Part shown: positions 1 through 10,807 of the stretch, piece after piece
Position numbering within the stretch: the stretch's first letter is position 1
Layout: each line of letters opens with the position of its first letter
DNA from: a virus
Lineage: Duplodnaviria; Caudoviricetes
Strand: one strand, 5' to 3'
Length of the DNA: 39,136 nucleotides
IMG/VR virus record: IMGVR_UViG_3300002301_000035
Coordinates: 1-39,136 of that record
The notes under the pieces: model-generated
Database searches by the model: none
What the model saw: only the letters and a program-made list of their open reading frames with translations
What the model was told of the DNA's origin: nothing
Translations under genes and position numbers: made by a program

Positions 1-1
1 C

Positions 2-874
2 TGATGAATCAATAGTAGCTATCCCACTACCGCTCCAATTTCTAAACACGATTGAAGTGTTCGTGTAAGGGGCGAAGCTCACGCCTGATATAGTTCCGTT
101 GGCCGAGATAGTTCCGTTCGATGTCAAGGTAGTTGCAATAATGTTAGCCATATAGTCATTGTTGTTCAAGTTTCCGAGTCCGTCGAAGAAATAGTCGTTA
201 CCGCTAGAGGCACCTGGCTGAAAATATATATCAGTGTGTTGAGGGGTTCCTCGACCAAAACCGAATAATTCTCCAGCTGTCGCTCCAACTCCAAGTCCAT
301 CAGAAATATAAATATCACCCTCGTTACCACTATTTGTCAAGAAGTTCGCAATATGACCGTTATTCTGTGCATCGGCGAATATGTTAGTCCATGAGGAGTC
401 TGATATATCAGACACAGGGGCACCATAGATGATGTTCGAGCCTCCAGGCTGAATAGAAAGCTGGCCATTATCGATTCCACCACTGCCGTCACCGATTGAC
501 CCATTCACGTCGAGATTGAAAATGGGATTGCTTTCGTTTATACCGACTTCCGTGCCGATGTTATTGTAGAGCTGGCCGCCTGAAAAAGTCCAGTAGTTCG
601 TGCCGCCTCCGCCGCCGCTTCCACCTGTGATACAGCCTCCTGCCGTTGAGGTTGCGAAGCAAGGGGCGGTGATGCCTCCGGTGAAAGTCGATGTTGCTGT
701 TGAAGTGCTTACGACATAAGGAACTTGTATCGGTAAATATTTCAGATTGAAATAGGGATAAGCATACGTTCCAATTGTCGTAGTCGAGAACCACGGAATC
801 GAATATGTTGCAAAGGCCGATGTCGGTATGGCCATCCAAAGTATAAATGATATAAGTGTAAGTATTTTTTTCAT
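2..874 (-). CDS. Tail fibre/adhesin-like protein with N-terminal Sec-type signal peptide (partial, runs off window edge)
   Basis: Not in ORF track because no stop lies in the window. ATG at 874 gives MKKILTLISFILWMAIPTSAFA-TYSIPWF...STSTATSTFTGGITAPCFATSTAGGCITGGSGGGGTNYW...VGINESNPIFNLDVNG, open to base 2; starts 3 nt after the stop of 877..1701. Confidence 0.8.
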   Translation of the reverse strand, partial: MKKILTLISFILWMAIPTSAFATYSIPWFSTTTIGTYAYPYFNLKYLPIQVPYVVSTSTATSTFTGGITAPCFATSTAGGCITGGSGGGGGTNYWTFSGGQLYNNIGTEVGINESNPIFNLDVNGSIGDGSGGIDNGQLSIQPGGSNIIYGAPVSDISDSSWTNIFADAQNNGHIANFLTNSGNEGDIYISDGLGVGATAGELFGFGRGTPQHTDIYFQPGASSGNDYFFDGLGNLNNNDYMANIIATTLTSNGTISANGTISGVSFAPYTNTSIVFRNWSGSGIATIDSS

Positions 875-876
875 GG

Positions 877-1701
877 TTATGCTACAGCAAAAATGCTGCT
901 TGAAGGGCTAAATGATAATGTGGTAGTGACACCACTAAGTGTCCAATTAACTGTTCCATCCTGTTGTACCGCTTGATAGACTATCCCATCGCAACAGATA
1001 GCGTTAGGTGCAGTTTTCCAGGTGAATACAGTTTGATTAAGAGAACCAGTGAGGGGGAGTTGGAAACCTGAACCACCACCACCGATTACTGATAAAGGAT
1101 TCGACGAAGTTCCTGTTCCAGTCAAGGTTGAATCATGGTAAACCTGTGAAAGGCCACCACCATGCCATCTTTGGTCTATCAGTTTAATTCTCCCATCAAC
1201 CCTTTGCATACCGCTTAATATCTCTTTCTTTTCAATCTCTAATTCTTTTTTTGAGACTGCTCCTTTCACATCTTCAACAGTTAGTTTTCTTGAAACTTCT
1301 TTAATGACTTCCGTTCGTTCAATTATCTTGTCTACAACAGGAACATTGATTTGAGAAGCTATTTCTTTCTTATCTTTATTGGTAAGAATATAATTGTCGC
1401 CATCTTTATAGTGAACTCCCTTTATTGGAGTGGACTTTTCAAGCACTGAAGGATATACAGTATTGATAACATAATCCAAAAACATCTGTGCTTCTTGCGG
1501 GGTGAAATAATCCTTACCTTTTACAGGAGAATAACCACTATCTCCTTTCTCACCTTTCAAAGATTGAATCTTATTCACTAAAGCTATAAGGAGCTGTGTA
1601 TTTTCAGATTTCTTCTCTTTTAAGTCTTCCATGTCAAAATACTGCCTCAGTTCAGGGTAGATTGAGATGAGCTTTTGTTTTTGTAAGGGTGTTAGGTTCA
1701 T
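877..1701 (-). CDS. Putative minor tail/virion protein with short collagen-like segment
   Basis: KGEKGDSGYSPVKGKDYFT collagen-like stretch and HDSTLTGTGTSSNPLSV motif; in tail module; ATG overlaps upstream stop. Confidence 0.6.
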   Translation of the reverse strand: MNLTPLQKQKLISIYPELRQYFDMEDLKEKKSENTQLLIALVNKIQSLKGEKGDSGYSPVKGKDYFTPQEAQMFLDYVINTVYPSVLEKSTPIKGVHYKDGDNYILTNKDKKEIASQINVPVVDKIIERTEVIKEVSRKLTVEDVKGAVSKKELEIEKKEILSGMQRVDGRIKLIDQRWHGGGLSQVYHDSTLTGTGTSSNPLSVIGGGGSGFQLPLTGSLNQTVFTWKTAPNAICCDGIVYQAVQQDGTVNWTLSGVTTTLSFSPSSSIFAVA

Positions 1702-3800
1702 TTTAATTTAGTCTTTTGAATCTGCCTATCTGCATCCAATACTTTTACGAAGTCGTTCTTCAAAGCATTGTTAGTTCCCGTTGCATTAGGAAGATTCATT
1801 GCCTCTGCAATCTTTTGAGCTTTAACCATATTCGCTATAGTAGGTTTAGCAATAAAATCTAATATAATAGATCTGTCCCTGTTATCCAATGCTTTTGCTA
1901 TTTTACCAAAGTCTATCATTCCACCCTGTTTATTTGGAGTGTTTTTGATTGATTGAATTATCCCTTGACTTTTAGGTTGTACTGTGATAGGTTTTGAGGA
2001 TGATATTTCTGATTGTTTTACTGGTGACGTGCTTTCTGTGGGCTTGGGAGATGAATTCTCGAACTCGCTAAATATATTCTGAATAGCTCGTTCTGGGCTA
2101 TTGAGATATTTTTGGAATAGTTGTATTCCTTTTATAGCACCACTCACCCCGACATCTACAAAGTTACCCGTAAGCAGTCCTCTTGCTAATTCTGCACCTG
2201 AAGCAATATTGGAGAAATTACCTACTAATCCACTCTTTGCCTGTCTAGCTAATACCTGTACTCTCTTAGCCACATCTGATTCCATTGAAGAAAGTGATCC
2301 GTATTGATTTTTAAGATCCTGATACCCCTCACCAGATATTTTTGAAATAGTGCTATCAAGTCCTGTTCGTAGATTGTTTGCAACAAGAGCGTCAACTCCC
2401 GCTTTTGAAGCAGCCCCATATGTTGGATTTCTATAAAATGCTTTCAAATCATCATTGAAAGATTTCACTAAATCTTGTGCTGTTTGAGTATCCAATGAAC
2501 CAGCAGAAGTCAATCTATCTTTTAATTGTGAAGCATAACTTGCAACTGAAGGGTCTTTTATATTCAATGCCTTATTGTTTATCACATTATCTAATTCTGA
2601 TGTTATGGGTTTTATATCTACTGTTGCACCTGCCCCACCTGCTTGTGTCTGCATATCATTATACTTTTGGAATATCTGTGCCTTTGTCTGTGCTATAGCA
2701 TCTGAAAGCTGTCCCACTGTTTGAGGAGTAGAACCTGATATTTCGTTTCCATCTTCATCGGTTAATTTAAGATTAGGAGCATTATCATGGATTGCTTGTA
2801 AACCCGAAACTACTTTAGTATTTGCTTGTGCGACTTGACCTGCTGTATTTTTACCTGACACGGAAGGTTTTATAGCTTTAGTGTAACTATCTGTTATTGC
2901 TTGTTCATCCAATGATGCTGTCGGAGCAACTTTAGGAGTTATAGGCATTGCTGGTTCACCCATGTTAACTGTATTTGTCGGTTCTGAAACTTTGGAAGAA
3001 TCAGAAACCATACCCTTAAAAGCCCCAGTTGTTTCTGGTGCTATCGCTTCACCTCCTGCACCCATGACAATGTTCAACAGACTACTTAATCCATTGACTA
3101 TCGTAGGATGTTGTGCAACAAGAGAAGAAACAGTGGATTGGATTTTCTGTATCGTTGGAGAGTTCGCCAAATCATTTACTGGCTTACTTGACATGGCTTG
3201 TTGAATAGCAGGAATATCTGAAATTGCATTTGCATTTTGTTTAACAATTCCTTGACTAACAGTAGAAGAAATCGGAGCAAATACGGCACTTATAACATCT
3301 GAAATAGGTCTGGCAATTCCATCAACCAAAAACTTTCCCCCAGCTTTTAGTTGTTCACCAGAAGGTATTACCTTATTTCCTTGATTGATTGTATTCAAAT
3401 CATTTGCGGCATCAGAAATATCTCCACTTAGTTTAGATGGAGTATTAGACCATGTATTCCATATATCTTTACCAATATCGCTAGCAACCGTACCAACTCC
3501 TGTGTTTATTGCGTCTGTATTATTGTCTTGAATTGGCAAACCTGTAGTAGAATCTATATTCTGTCCGCTTGAAGCAGAGGGAGCGGAAGTATTGCCTATC
3601 GCTGAATCATAACTTGCCCATGAATCCGAAGGGGACGAGCTTGGAGAAGATGATCGCATTCCCTGACTCATTTGCTGAAGCTGTTGCTGGGAAAGAGGAG
3701 CGTTGGAAGTAGTGGGAACTGTAGGAGTCAAAGGATTATTACCACCTCCCATTTGAGAAGACATCGAGGAAAGCTGTGTTGGTGATAATGTTATTTGCAT
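1698..3800 (-). CDS. Putative internal virion (DNA ejection) protein
   Basis: 700 aa, Ser/Gln/Ala-rich and helical-looking; position after tail genes typical of podovirus ejection proteins. Confidence 0.55.
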   Translation of the reverse strand: MQITLSPTQLSSMSSQMGGGNNPLTPTVPTTSNAPLSQQQLQQMSQGMRSSSPSSSPSDSWASYDSAIGNTSAPSASSGQNIDSTTGLPIQDNNTDAINTGVGTVASDIGKDIWNTWSNTPSKLSGDISDAANDLNTINQGNKVIPSGEQLKAGGKFLVDGIARPISDVISAVFAPISSTVSQGIVKQNANAISDIPAIQQAMSSKPVNDLANSPTIQKIQSTVSSLVAQHPTIVNGLSSLLNIVMGAGGEAIAPETTGAFKGMVSDSSKVSEPTNTVNMGEPAMPITPKVAPTASLDEQAITDSYTKAIKPSVSGKNTAGQVAQANTKVVSGLQAIHDNAPNLKLTDEDGNEISGSTPQTVGQLSDAIAQTKAQIFQKYNDMQTQAGGAGATVDIKPITSELDNVINNKALNIKDPSVASYASQLKDRLTSAGSLDTQTAQDLVKSFNDDLKAFYRNPTYGAASKAGVDALVANNLRTGLDSTISKISGEGYQDLKNQYGSLSSMESDVAKRVQVLARQAKSGLVGNFSNIASGAELARGLLTGNFVDVGVSGAIKGIQLFQKYLNSPERAIQNIFSEFENSSPKPTESTSPVKQSEISSSKPITVQPKSQGIIQSIKNTPNKQGGMIDFGKIAKALDNRDRSIILDFIAKPTIANMVKAQKIAEAMNLPNATGTNNALKNDFVKVLDADRQIQKTKLK

Positions 3801-3801
3801 A

Positions 3802-5931
3802 TTATTGTTGATTGTATTGGGCTAACTGAAGAGCCTGCGCGGGCGTCAAATTAGGATAAGCAGCTCGGACAGCGGAAAGTTCCTTAGCATTATCTGGTGA
3901 AGCGTTTGTATAAGCTACAGGGTCGGTAAAATTCACTCCAGGAATATCTATGTTATATCCTTGATTCTTAAAGTTCTCAAGAGTAGATAGAGTTTGGGGT
4001 TGGATTATTGTCCCAATATCAGGTTCACTTCCCATTATGTTGGTATATTGTTGTATGAATGTATTTAATTGACCAGAGAAAAGAGTAAGAGTTCCTTGAA
4101 CCATACCTTTTATGGTTCCAGCACCAGCATCAGGATTCAAACTATTACCCCAACTAGCAAGAGAATTTATATCAGTCGCACCAGTTCCTTTGAAGAATTT
4201 TGCCATTTCGTCGGTAAGACCATTCTTTTCTTGTTCCGCTGTAGCTGCGGTTGATTGAACTGATGTATTTCCAAACAATGCTTCAGTTCCTCCTATCGTA
4301 TTCACTACAGCACTATTTATTCCAAAAGGATTAACTGGATATTTAGGAAGTGATGACGAACTGGAAAGAAAGGCGGAAAGGTGAGCAATAACTTTATTAG
4401 CTGAAAGCAATCCCGAACCATACGAACCAGGAGTGTAATTAGCCAAACTTTTCTGCATAGTTAAACGGGCTTGATATTTAGTAGCATCAAAACCACCCTG
4501 ACCATCTGAAAGTGTTGGGTCATATTGTGCAACCATCGCAAGTATTTCTGCTCCCGTAGCGGTTCGAGCTGATGGGGGTTCAATCTTTCCAGTTGAAATA
4601 CCCTGAACTAAAGCTCTCATATTTTGAGGAATTGTCGCCAAATATGCAGCTTGAGAGGCTGGGTCTACGGCACCAGTGTTTGGGTCTGTTGTAACGACAG
4701 GGGCAGTTGCGCCTGTTGTTGGGTCAGTCTGCCCAGCGTTCATTGTTGGATTTCCAACAGGTAGCCCTGTTTGTTTATCGAAAACTTGAGTACCAATTCT
4801 TTGACCAAAAGCATTTTCAACAGGTTCAAAGTCATACTGGCTATTCTTGATGGATGCAGCATCTTGAAATACAGTCTGATTGAATGTTTGTTCTGCTTGT
4901 GCGGCAGTAACAGCAGAATTATATGTGCTCATAACAGCATCATGTAGGTTCTGTATAGAAGTCATTTTCTGTGTCTCATAATCCCTGAACTCATTGTAGG
5001 AATCTGTAACTTCCTGATAGTCCTGTTGTTGGAAACCTAATTCAAGTTTGGCTACTGTAGCGGCTTGTTGGGAAGTTATGTTGAGAAGTTCTCCTGCCGT
5101 AGCGTTGACCATATTTGATACTCCACCAGTTTCAGAAGACAAGGCAGCAGCTTTCAATTGAGATTGTGTAGTCATCTGTTGAAATGCTTGATTTGTAGCG
5201 TCTACGAGAGACTGTTGAGCACCAGAAAGAGGGAAAGAACCACTTTGTATTCCTTGAATAGTAGATTGAAAAGTAGAGTATGCTTGGTCGAGTTGCGTCT
5301 GTGTTTGTGTGGTTTGATTCTGATAGTTTTGGTTCTCTTGACCTGTTGAAATACCATACTGATTTTGAACAGTTTGGTCTCCAATTTGGGCAGGAGTAGT
5401 TGGAGTGCCTCCTTGAGGGGCTGTAGTGCCCGTAGGCGTGTTTTGACCGCTTATAGCACCGATTATGTCATTTGCCGTAGGAGTATTGGTCTGGGGAGAC
5501 ATGTAGAATGTCTGACCTGTTGTTGGATTTGTTGCTTTAACTTCTCCCTGATTACCCGTTTGTGTAGCGGAAGTCGTATATCCAGGGATTACAGGAAGTG
5601 AATTAGCTTGAACCTGTGCCGCTTTTGTGGCTTGAGCGGCCGCATTCATATTCGGTTGTATCTGTGTCTGATAGGTATTTTGAATGGCGTTGTAGTTATC
5701 AGTCGCAGGTTGAGAAGTAACTACGGAATAGTTATTGGCAGGCGCAGAGCTTCCAGTGCTTCCTGAAGTAGTTGGAGAATATGTAGGAGAAGTTGAAGGA
5801 GCTGGTGTCGGAGTGTTTGATACAACAGGCTTATACCCAGCACCTTCGGCCGCCGAAAGTTGTGCAGGAGTTGTAGTAGCGGTTGGTGTCGCTATCATCG
5901 TCCCATTTGAAAGTGTTGGTATAGTTGCCAT
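3802..5931 (-). CDS. Putative internal virion (DNA ejection) protein
   Basis: 709 aa, Thr/Gln/Ala-rich with coiled-coil-like central part; podovirus synteny. Confidence 0.55.
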   Translation of the reverse strand: MATIPTLSNGTMIATPTATTTPAQLSAAEGAGYKPVVSNTPTPAPSTSPTYSPTTSGSTGSSAPANNYSVVTSQPATDNYNAIQNTYQTQIQPNMNAAAQATKAAQVQANSLPVIPGYTTSATQTGNQGEVKATNPTTGQTFYMSPQTNTPTANDIIGAISGQNTPTGTTAPQGGTPTTPAQIGDQTVQNQYGISTGQENQNYQNQTTQTQTQLDQAYSTFQSTIQGIQSGSFPLSGAQQSLVDATNQAFQQMTTQSQLKAAALSSETGGVSNMVNATAGELLNITSQQAATVAKLELGFQQQDYQEVTDSYNEFRDYETQKMTSIQNLHDAVMSTYNSAVTAAQAEQTFNQTVFQDAASIKNSQYDFEPVENAFGQRIGTQVFDKQTGLPVGNPTMNAGQTDPTTGATAPVVTTDPNTGAVDPASQAAYLATIPQNMRALVQGISTGKIEPPSARTATGAEILAMVAQYDPTLSDGQGGFDATKYQARLTMQKSLANYTPGSYGSGLLSANKVIAHLSAFLSSSSSLPKYPVNPFGINSAVVNTIGGTEALFGNTSVQSTAATAEQEKNGLTDEMAKFFKGTGATDINSLASWGNSLNPDAGAGTIKGMVQGTLTLFSGQLNTFIQQYTNIMGSEPDIGTIIQPQTLSTLENFKNQGYNIDIPGVNFTDPVAYTNASPDNAKELSAVRAAYPNLTPAQALQLAQYNQQ

Positions 5932-5933
5932 GA

Positions 5934-7280
5934 TTATTTATAGTATTCTTTGATGATGATTATACCTTGAGTACCACCAGAACCACTCGAACTTCCTGAA
6001 GTTCCGCCTCCTCCGTATGCCCCGTTGTTTCCAAATATACCTGAACCGCCTGAGGACAGTGCCGAACCACTTGTTCCAACTCCATTGCCTCCCGATATAT
6101 TTACAGAACCATTACTTGCTGAACCACCAGAACCTCCTCCTCCGTTATAGGTACCTCCTCCTCCGCCATTAGCAAGAGCTATGATACCCGCCGCTCCAAA
6201 GTTTGTCGGGCCTCCACCACCGCCATTGCTTGAACCTCCACCGCCATTGCCAGCACTCCCAACAACAACAGGAATCGAAGTCGCAAGCGTTGCGTTATAA
6301 AATGCCCTACTATATCCTCCTGCTCCACCTCCTCCTGCGCCATTAGTTGAACCATTACCCCCACCTCCTCCACCGCCTCCTCCCACTGCTTCAATTTCGA
6401 GATATACAGCCCCATAAGGAGGAATATAAGTTCCTGAACCCAAAGTAGTAATTACAGATGTGGTTGGATACTTAAAATTAGGAGAAGTGAGTTGAAAATT
6501 AGTGCCATCAAATACCATTGAAGAAACTTGGCCTAATGTTATATCTCCTGAGGCAAGTGATATATTATAATTTTTTACTATTGGCTTAGCACCGATAGAA
6601 TTTACGTTAAGAGTGACACCAGTTCCATTTGAGACAGGAAACAATACATTCAAATACGAACCTGAAGCAAGCGTAGAAATTGATGAAGCGAGAGAAACCG
6701 TGTAGGCAGTCGGACTTCCTGTGGCTACCGCATAAGGTATTCCAGTATTTTTTATACTTGATACATACAAAGCTGTTCCTGAAGCAAGAATAGAAGGGTC
6801 ATTCGCACCCAGAGCGATAGGATTTGAACCGGTAACAGGTGCTACTGATAATTTGGTGATACCTGCTACTGTATTACTTGCAAATGAAGCACCGGAAGCC
6901 GCAGTAGTATTTACATAGGTGATTATATTTCCATAAAAACCTGCATCGTTTGAGAGAATGAACGTAGAACCCCCTGCATGAGATTTAGCAAGTCCTGAAG
7001 TGACTGTGTATGGATAGTTGAAACCTACGGAAGAAACACCCGTCAAGGTAGCTGTTCCATTGGCATTTTGTGTAACTCCTGTGAATTGTATGGCTTCTTC
7101 TTGTGAACCATTATTTGGTTCAAGAGTTCCATAACACTGAGTACCCAAATCAGCAGTAACGATATTTGTCACTCCGTCAGAGTATTTGAACGATTGAACT
7201 GTGATTGATGTATCTCCTGCTGATTGACCTGCGGCTGAAAGTTGGAAACTCTGTGCTTGGATAAACTGTATAGTTGCCAT
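5934..7280 (-). CDS. Tail fibre/spike-like protein with Gly-rich C-terminal domain
   Basis: Fibre-type motifs (VTLNVNSIGAKPI, GTYIPPYGAVYLEIEAVGGGGGGGGG...GIIIIKEY). Confidence 0.65.
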   Translation of the reverse strand: MATIQFIQAQSFQLSAAGQSAGDTSITVQSFKYSDGVTNIVTADLGTQCYGTLEPNNGSQEEAIQFTGVTQNANGTATLTGVSSVGFNYPYTVTSGLAKSHAGGSTFILSNDAGFYGNIITYVNTTAASGASFASNTVAGITKLSVAPVTGSNPIALGANDPSILASGTALYVSSIKNTGIPYAVATGSPTAYTVSLASSISTLASGSYLNVLFPVSNGTGVTLNVNSIGAKPIVKNYNISLASGDITLGQVSSMVFDGTNFQLTSPNFKYPTTSVITTLGSGTYIPPYGAVYLEIEAVGGGGGGGGGNGSTNGAGGGGAGGYSRAFYNATLATSIPVVVGSAGNGGGGSSNGGGGGPTNFGAAGIIALANGGGGGTYNGGGGSGGSASNGSVNISGGNGVGTSGSALSSGGSGIFGNNGAYGGGGTSGSSSGSGGTQGIIIIKEYYK

Positions 7281-7293
7281 TTTAGTAAAAGTT

Positions 7294-7322
7294 AAGCGTT
7301 CATTTGTAAATAAATTATAACA
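7294..7322 (-). promoter_or_regulatory. Extended -10 promoter (TGtTATAAT) followed by GAACGCTT leader motif
   Basis: Minus strand reads TGTTATAAT at 7322-7314 and GAACGCTT at 7301-7294. Confidence 0.55.
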
Positions 7323-7328
7323 TATCTG

Positions 7329-9305
7329 TTAATTTTGTATATCGGACTCCATTTCACTCGTAGGACTTGCATTATTTCCATAGGATAATATCTCCCATCT
7401 CTGATTAGTTCCTAATGAATAAAACATGGGTTGGTATGCTAGATATGGATAACGCAACGAAGTTAGAATGACAGCGAAATAGGGGGGTAGATTTTGTTGT
7501 TGTGGAAGTGGTAAATCCTCTGCCAATGGGTCTTTACCTAGAGCAAACTTACCCAAAGAGTTATCCAATGTTCCATTCAAAACATAGGAACCAGTACCAC
7601 TCACCATGAGGGTTTCACCTGCAGTTGTTCCTGGGTTTGGTGAACGAAATAGTAATCCTACATTTAGAGTAGTCGGTGAAGTGATATACCCTTCCACAAA
7701 GAACTTATTGAATGACTTTCTCTTTGCCCGAAGGCCAAGTTCTTGGAAAGCAAAGAGGGCAACAGCATTTATAGGATTTCCTGTGTTGTTAGGACTGGAA
7801 GCTCTATCTGAATATCCCGAAAACATCACATACGATTCAAAAGTATTATATGAATGTCCTATCAAGGTATTTCCTACTGCGCAGAAACCCGAAACAGGAA
7901 GATATTGCGGTGCTTCCCAGAAAGGAGTTTTGGGATTAGTCATGTTGTAGATTAAAACTACACCCGATTGAGGTACTGCCACATAGAGCTTCAATTTGAA
8001 ATAAAAACACGAAGCATCAGTGAAATTATAGGTATTCATATCTGCTACGATAGGATACGAAAGATTGGTTATTTGAGGAGTGAGAGTTATGTTATCAACA
8101 CGACCAAGTGAGTTTATGAATGGTTCAAAAGAAAGAAACACAACATCATTGATTATCTTTGTAGTGCAGTATTGAGATTGTGCCGCCTGTTGTGAAGCAG
8201 TTTTAAGCTGTGAAAGCTGTGCAGTCTCATAAGTAATTGTCGTTGAAGTAGTAGAATTTGTTATCGTAGTTTGAACGAACTTAGTCGTATACCATTCATT
8301 CAGTCCAGCAGAAATATACATATCCCCTTCTTGTGGAGAGAACGAATTAACCGAACCAATGGTTTCCAAAGTATCTCCCTCATACTGAATACGAGCAGTA
8401 GATTGAGAATAATCTTTATATGTTCCGGCTTTGGACAAATAGACTAGATTGTTTACCACAGAAGCGACCATGACCTGATTCGTGTCGAGTACTGCTATGA
8501 GGTCGCAAGTAAAACCAGTTGGAGGGGAGATGGAATTAGTGAAGGTATACCCCGAAAAAGCGGATGATACTGGTTGTTGATACACAGGTGAATTGACCAC
8601 AGAACCCGTTGGGTCTGGTGTACCAGAATGAAGAGTAAAAGTCTGACCAGAAATAGAATCATACTGATAAACTACTCCATTGTTTATTATATATCCCGAA
8701 GCATCAAACTTTAATTGTGCAAGGGTTAATGTTCCATTCAAGACTATTGTTCCTGAAGTAACAGATTTGATAGTACCTATTGCCCCTGTCCATTCCCAAA
8801 TATAACCCGTTCTATTTACAAACAAATCCTTTGCCTTTAGATTTGTGGAATCCCAATAGTTTGTGGACTGAAAGTATGTGGAAGTAAGGGAAGTTAAAAG
8901 GTCTAACCAGTAAGTATTTCCAGTAGTTCCAAGTGCCCCAAGAGTATCTACATAACGAATCTGAAGTTTTCCGTCATTCCCAGCAGAAGTAAGATTTCCC
9001 GCACGAAGATGATGAACAAATCCCGTTCCCATTTCCCAATCAGGAAGTGGACGAGTAACGGAAATCACAGAAGAAGAGGAACCATCAATATAATAACCTT
9101 CACGGGAACGAACGCGATTTGTGGTTCCTACTAGAACATCATGTGAACCCGCTACCAAAGTAGTTGGTTTAAGTAGTGAAGTGTCTTCACGAGAACGGTA
9201 TCCTTCAATGAAGTTCTCTACTGTCGTTATTTCCTTGGCCTTGGCCGCGGCAATACGACGGTTCATTGTGAACCCCGTTCCTTTTCCTGAAGATTGTACT
9301 GCCAT
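7329..9305 (-). CDS. Putative tail nozzle / packaged-DNA stabilization protein (P22 gp10 / T7 gp12-like)
   Basis: 658 aa, beta-rich; follows the adaptor gene in podovirus gene order. Confidence 0.55.
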   Translation of the reverse strand: MAVQSSGKGTGFTMNRRIAAAKAKEITTVENFIEGYRSREDTSLLKPTTLVAGSHDVLVGTTNRVRSREGYYIDGSSSSVISVTRPLPDWEMGTGFVHHLRAGNLTSAGNDGKLQIRYVDTLGALGTTGNTYWLDLLTSLTSTYFQSTNYWDSTNLKAKDLFVNRTGYIWEWTGAIGTIKSVTSGTIVLNGTLTLAQLKFDASGYIINNGVVYQYDSISGQTFTLHSGTPDPTGSVVNSPVYQQPVSSAFSGYTFTNSISPPTGFTCDLIAVLDTNQVMVASVVNNLVYLSKAGTYKDYSQSTARIQYEGDTLETIGSVNSFSPQEGDMYISAGLNEWYTTKFVQTTITNSTTSTTITYETAQLSQLKTASQQAAQSQYCTTKIINDVVFLSFEPFINSLGRVDNITLTPQITNLSYPIVADMNTYNFTDASCFYFKLKLYVAVPQSGVVLIYNMTNPKTPFWEAPQYLPVSGFCAVGNTLIGHSYNTFESYVMFSGYSDRASSPNNTGNPINAVALFAFQELGLRAKRKSFNKFFVEGYITSPTTLNVGLLFRSPNPGTTAGETLMVSGTGSYVLNGTLDNSLGKFALGKDPLAEDLPLPQQQNLPPYFAVILTSLRYPYLAYQPMFYSLGTNQRWEILSYGNNASPTSEMESDIQN

Positions 9306-9306
9306 G

Positions 9307-10503
9307 TTACGTTAGACGACGACCCATATACTGATTATACCCACCCTTTGTCGGCGTGTAGTATGCCTGTCTCGACTTTTGAACCTGTGAAGGCTGACGA
9401 GCAGTATATTTTGCTTTAGCGGCATCGTATTCTCCTTTGAAGAAGTTGGCGTCATAAAACAAAGCATCAAGACCTTGCATCTCTTGTGCGGCATAGAAAG
9501 CTAAAGCGTTGAAATACAAATTATACGAATCAGTATCAAGATTTATCAGATTAGAATTATCGGTGACTGTCTCTTGAAAGACACCTGTGTTTGCATTTCT
9601 GTAGAGATACTTTGAATAGTATTCAATCGTTCTATAAAGTCCCATGTTTGAAACGATGTTATCCACACAGACACCCGTGAGATTGGCGGAAACTGTTACT
9701 CCGATGTAAAGATAATTTATTGCTGTGATTACGGGAGTTCCTACAACTGTACAACCAAACCAATCTCCTCGTATAAGATTCCAACCAGTAGCAAAAGCAT
9801 TCCCTTCGTTTGTTTGAGTCAGAACTCTTGAATAGTAATTAGAGGCATCAGAACCTATGCGAATTTCTGTAGAAGTCAATGAAGTTCCAAGTGGGAGGTA
9901 GAGATAGTAAAACCATGAGGCTTGATTGAGTTGAGAACTCATATCAAGTGTGCTGGCAAGAGTCTCTGAAATGTATCCCGTGCCAGTAGTTACGTTAAAA
10001 CACAACGAACCTGAACCCGAAGCATAATTCACATTATTTTCCGTAAGACTAGATGCAGTTCCTCCAGCAGACCAGTTATTCGTATCCTCACATGTGTCTA
10101 ATACAATCCCAGATGGTAGAGAGTTATCATTTACTCGGATAGTCTTGACTTGATTATTCCATTGAATAGTGAAATCTGATGGTGGTGCAATATAGTTTTT
10201 TGAAACATCAAATGGCTGATTGAATGTTTGGGTGATTATCTGACTGGCATCTCTTGTGTATTGAGGAGAGATATCAATGATTCTGTTTCCTTTCAAATCC
10301 ACAGGACAAGCATAATCCCAAATACCTGAATAAAAAGGTGTCGTTGAAAGTGTTTTTCTAACAGTCTCAATCGGGTCTATATCGTTCAACAACATTCTAC
10401 CCGCACGATTATGAAGCCCAAACAAGTTAGGAATTTGGTTTATGGTTAATCCGTGCGTGACCCCTAGAAGGTCACTATTCGCCGTGTTTACGGAGTAGCT
10501 CAT
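9307..10503 (-). CDS. Putative head-tail adaptor protein with inserted beta-sandwich domain
   Basis: Helical N- and C-termini flanking a carbohydrate-binding-like insert; position after MCP. Confidence 0.5.
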   Translation of the reverse strand: MSYSVNTANSDLLGVTHGLTINQIPNLFGLHNRAGRMLLNDIDPIETVRKTLSTTPFYSGIWDYACPVDLKGNRIIDISPQYTRDASQIITQTFNQPFDVSKNYIAPPSDFTIQWNNQVKTIRVNDNSLPSGIVLDTCEDTNNWSAGGTASSLTENNVNYASGSGSLCFNVTTGTGYISETLASTLDMSSQLNQASWFYYLYLPLGTSLTSTEIRIGSDASNYYSRVLTQTNEGNAFATGWNLIRGDWFGCTVVGTPVITAINYLYIGVTVSANLTGVCVDNIVSNMGLYRTIEYYSKYLYRNANTGVFQETVTDNSNLINLDTDSYNLYFNALAFYAAQEMQGLDALFYDANFFKGEYDAAKAKYTARQPSQVQKSRQAYYTPTKGGYNQYMGRRLT

Positions 10504-10509
10504 CGTAGT

Positions 10510-10782
10510 TTATGCTCCGTAGGAAATTGTTATATCAGATGCTCCACCAACTGATACAAACAATCCTGTTGCAAACTCTGCATCATATCTGAAACATGAA
10601 CCTATAACTGGAGAAGCGGCGATAGTGGCTATCTTTGTTCCACCCGTTGCTGTTCCATCATAGAGAACTATGCCCGAAGCGGCTGTAGTGTTTATGACAA
10701 CATTGCGGAGTGTTCCACGTCCCCTTTGAACAAGTTTATCAGAAGCTCCAGCTATGTTTATGAAATTAAACTTTGTAGACAT
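10510..10782 (-). CDS. Small virion structural protein (90 aa)
   Basis: Start moved to ATG 10782 (MSTKFNFINIAG), preceded by A-rich leader; beta-rich sequence. Confidence 0.65.
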   Translation of the reverse strand: MSTKFNFINIAGASDKLVQRGRGTLRNVVINTTAASGIVLYDGTATGGTKIATIAASPVIGSCFRYDAEFATGLFVSVGGASDITISYGA

Positions 10783-10807
10783 TTTGTTTTTATATTGGTT
10801 AATAATG

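Noticed and set aside
561-839. 92-aa Arg-rich ORF
   Set aside because: Out-of-frame shadow of the longer signal-peptide gene starting at 874
9659-9667. DnaA box
   Set aside because: Inside the adaptor CDS with no nearby promoter; likely chance
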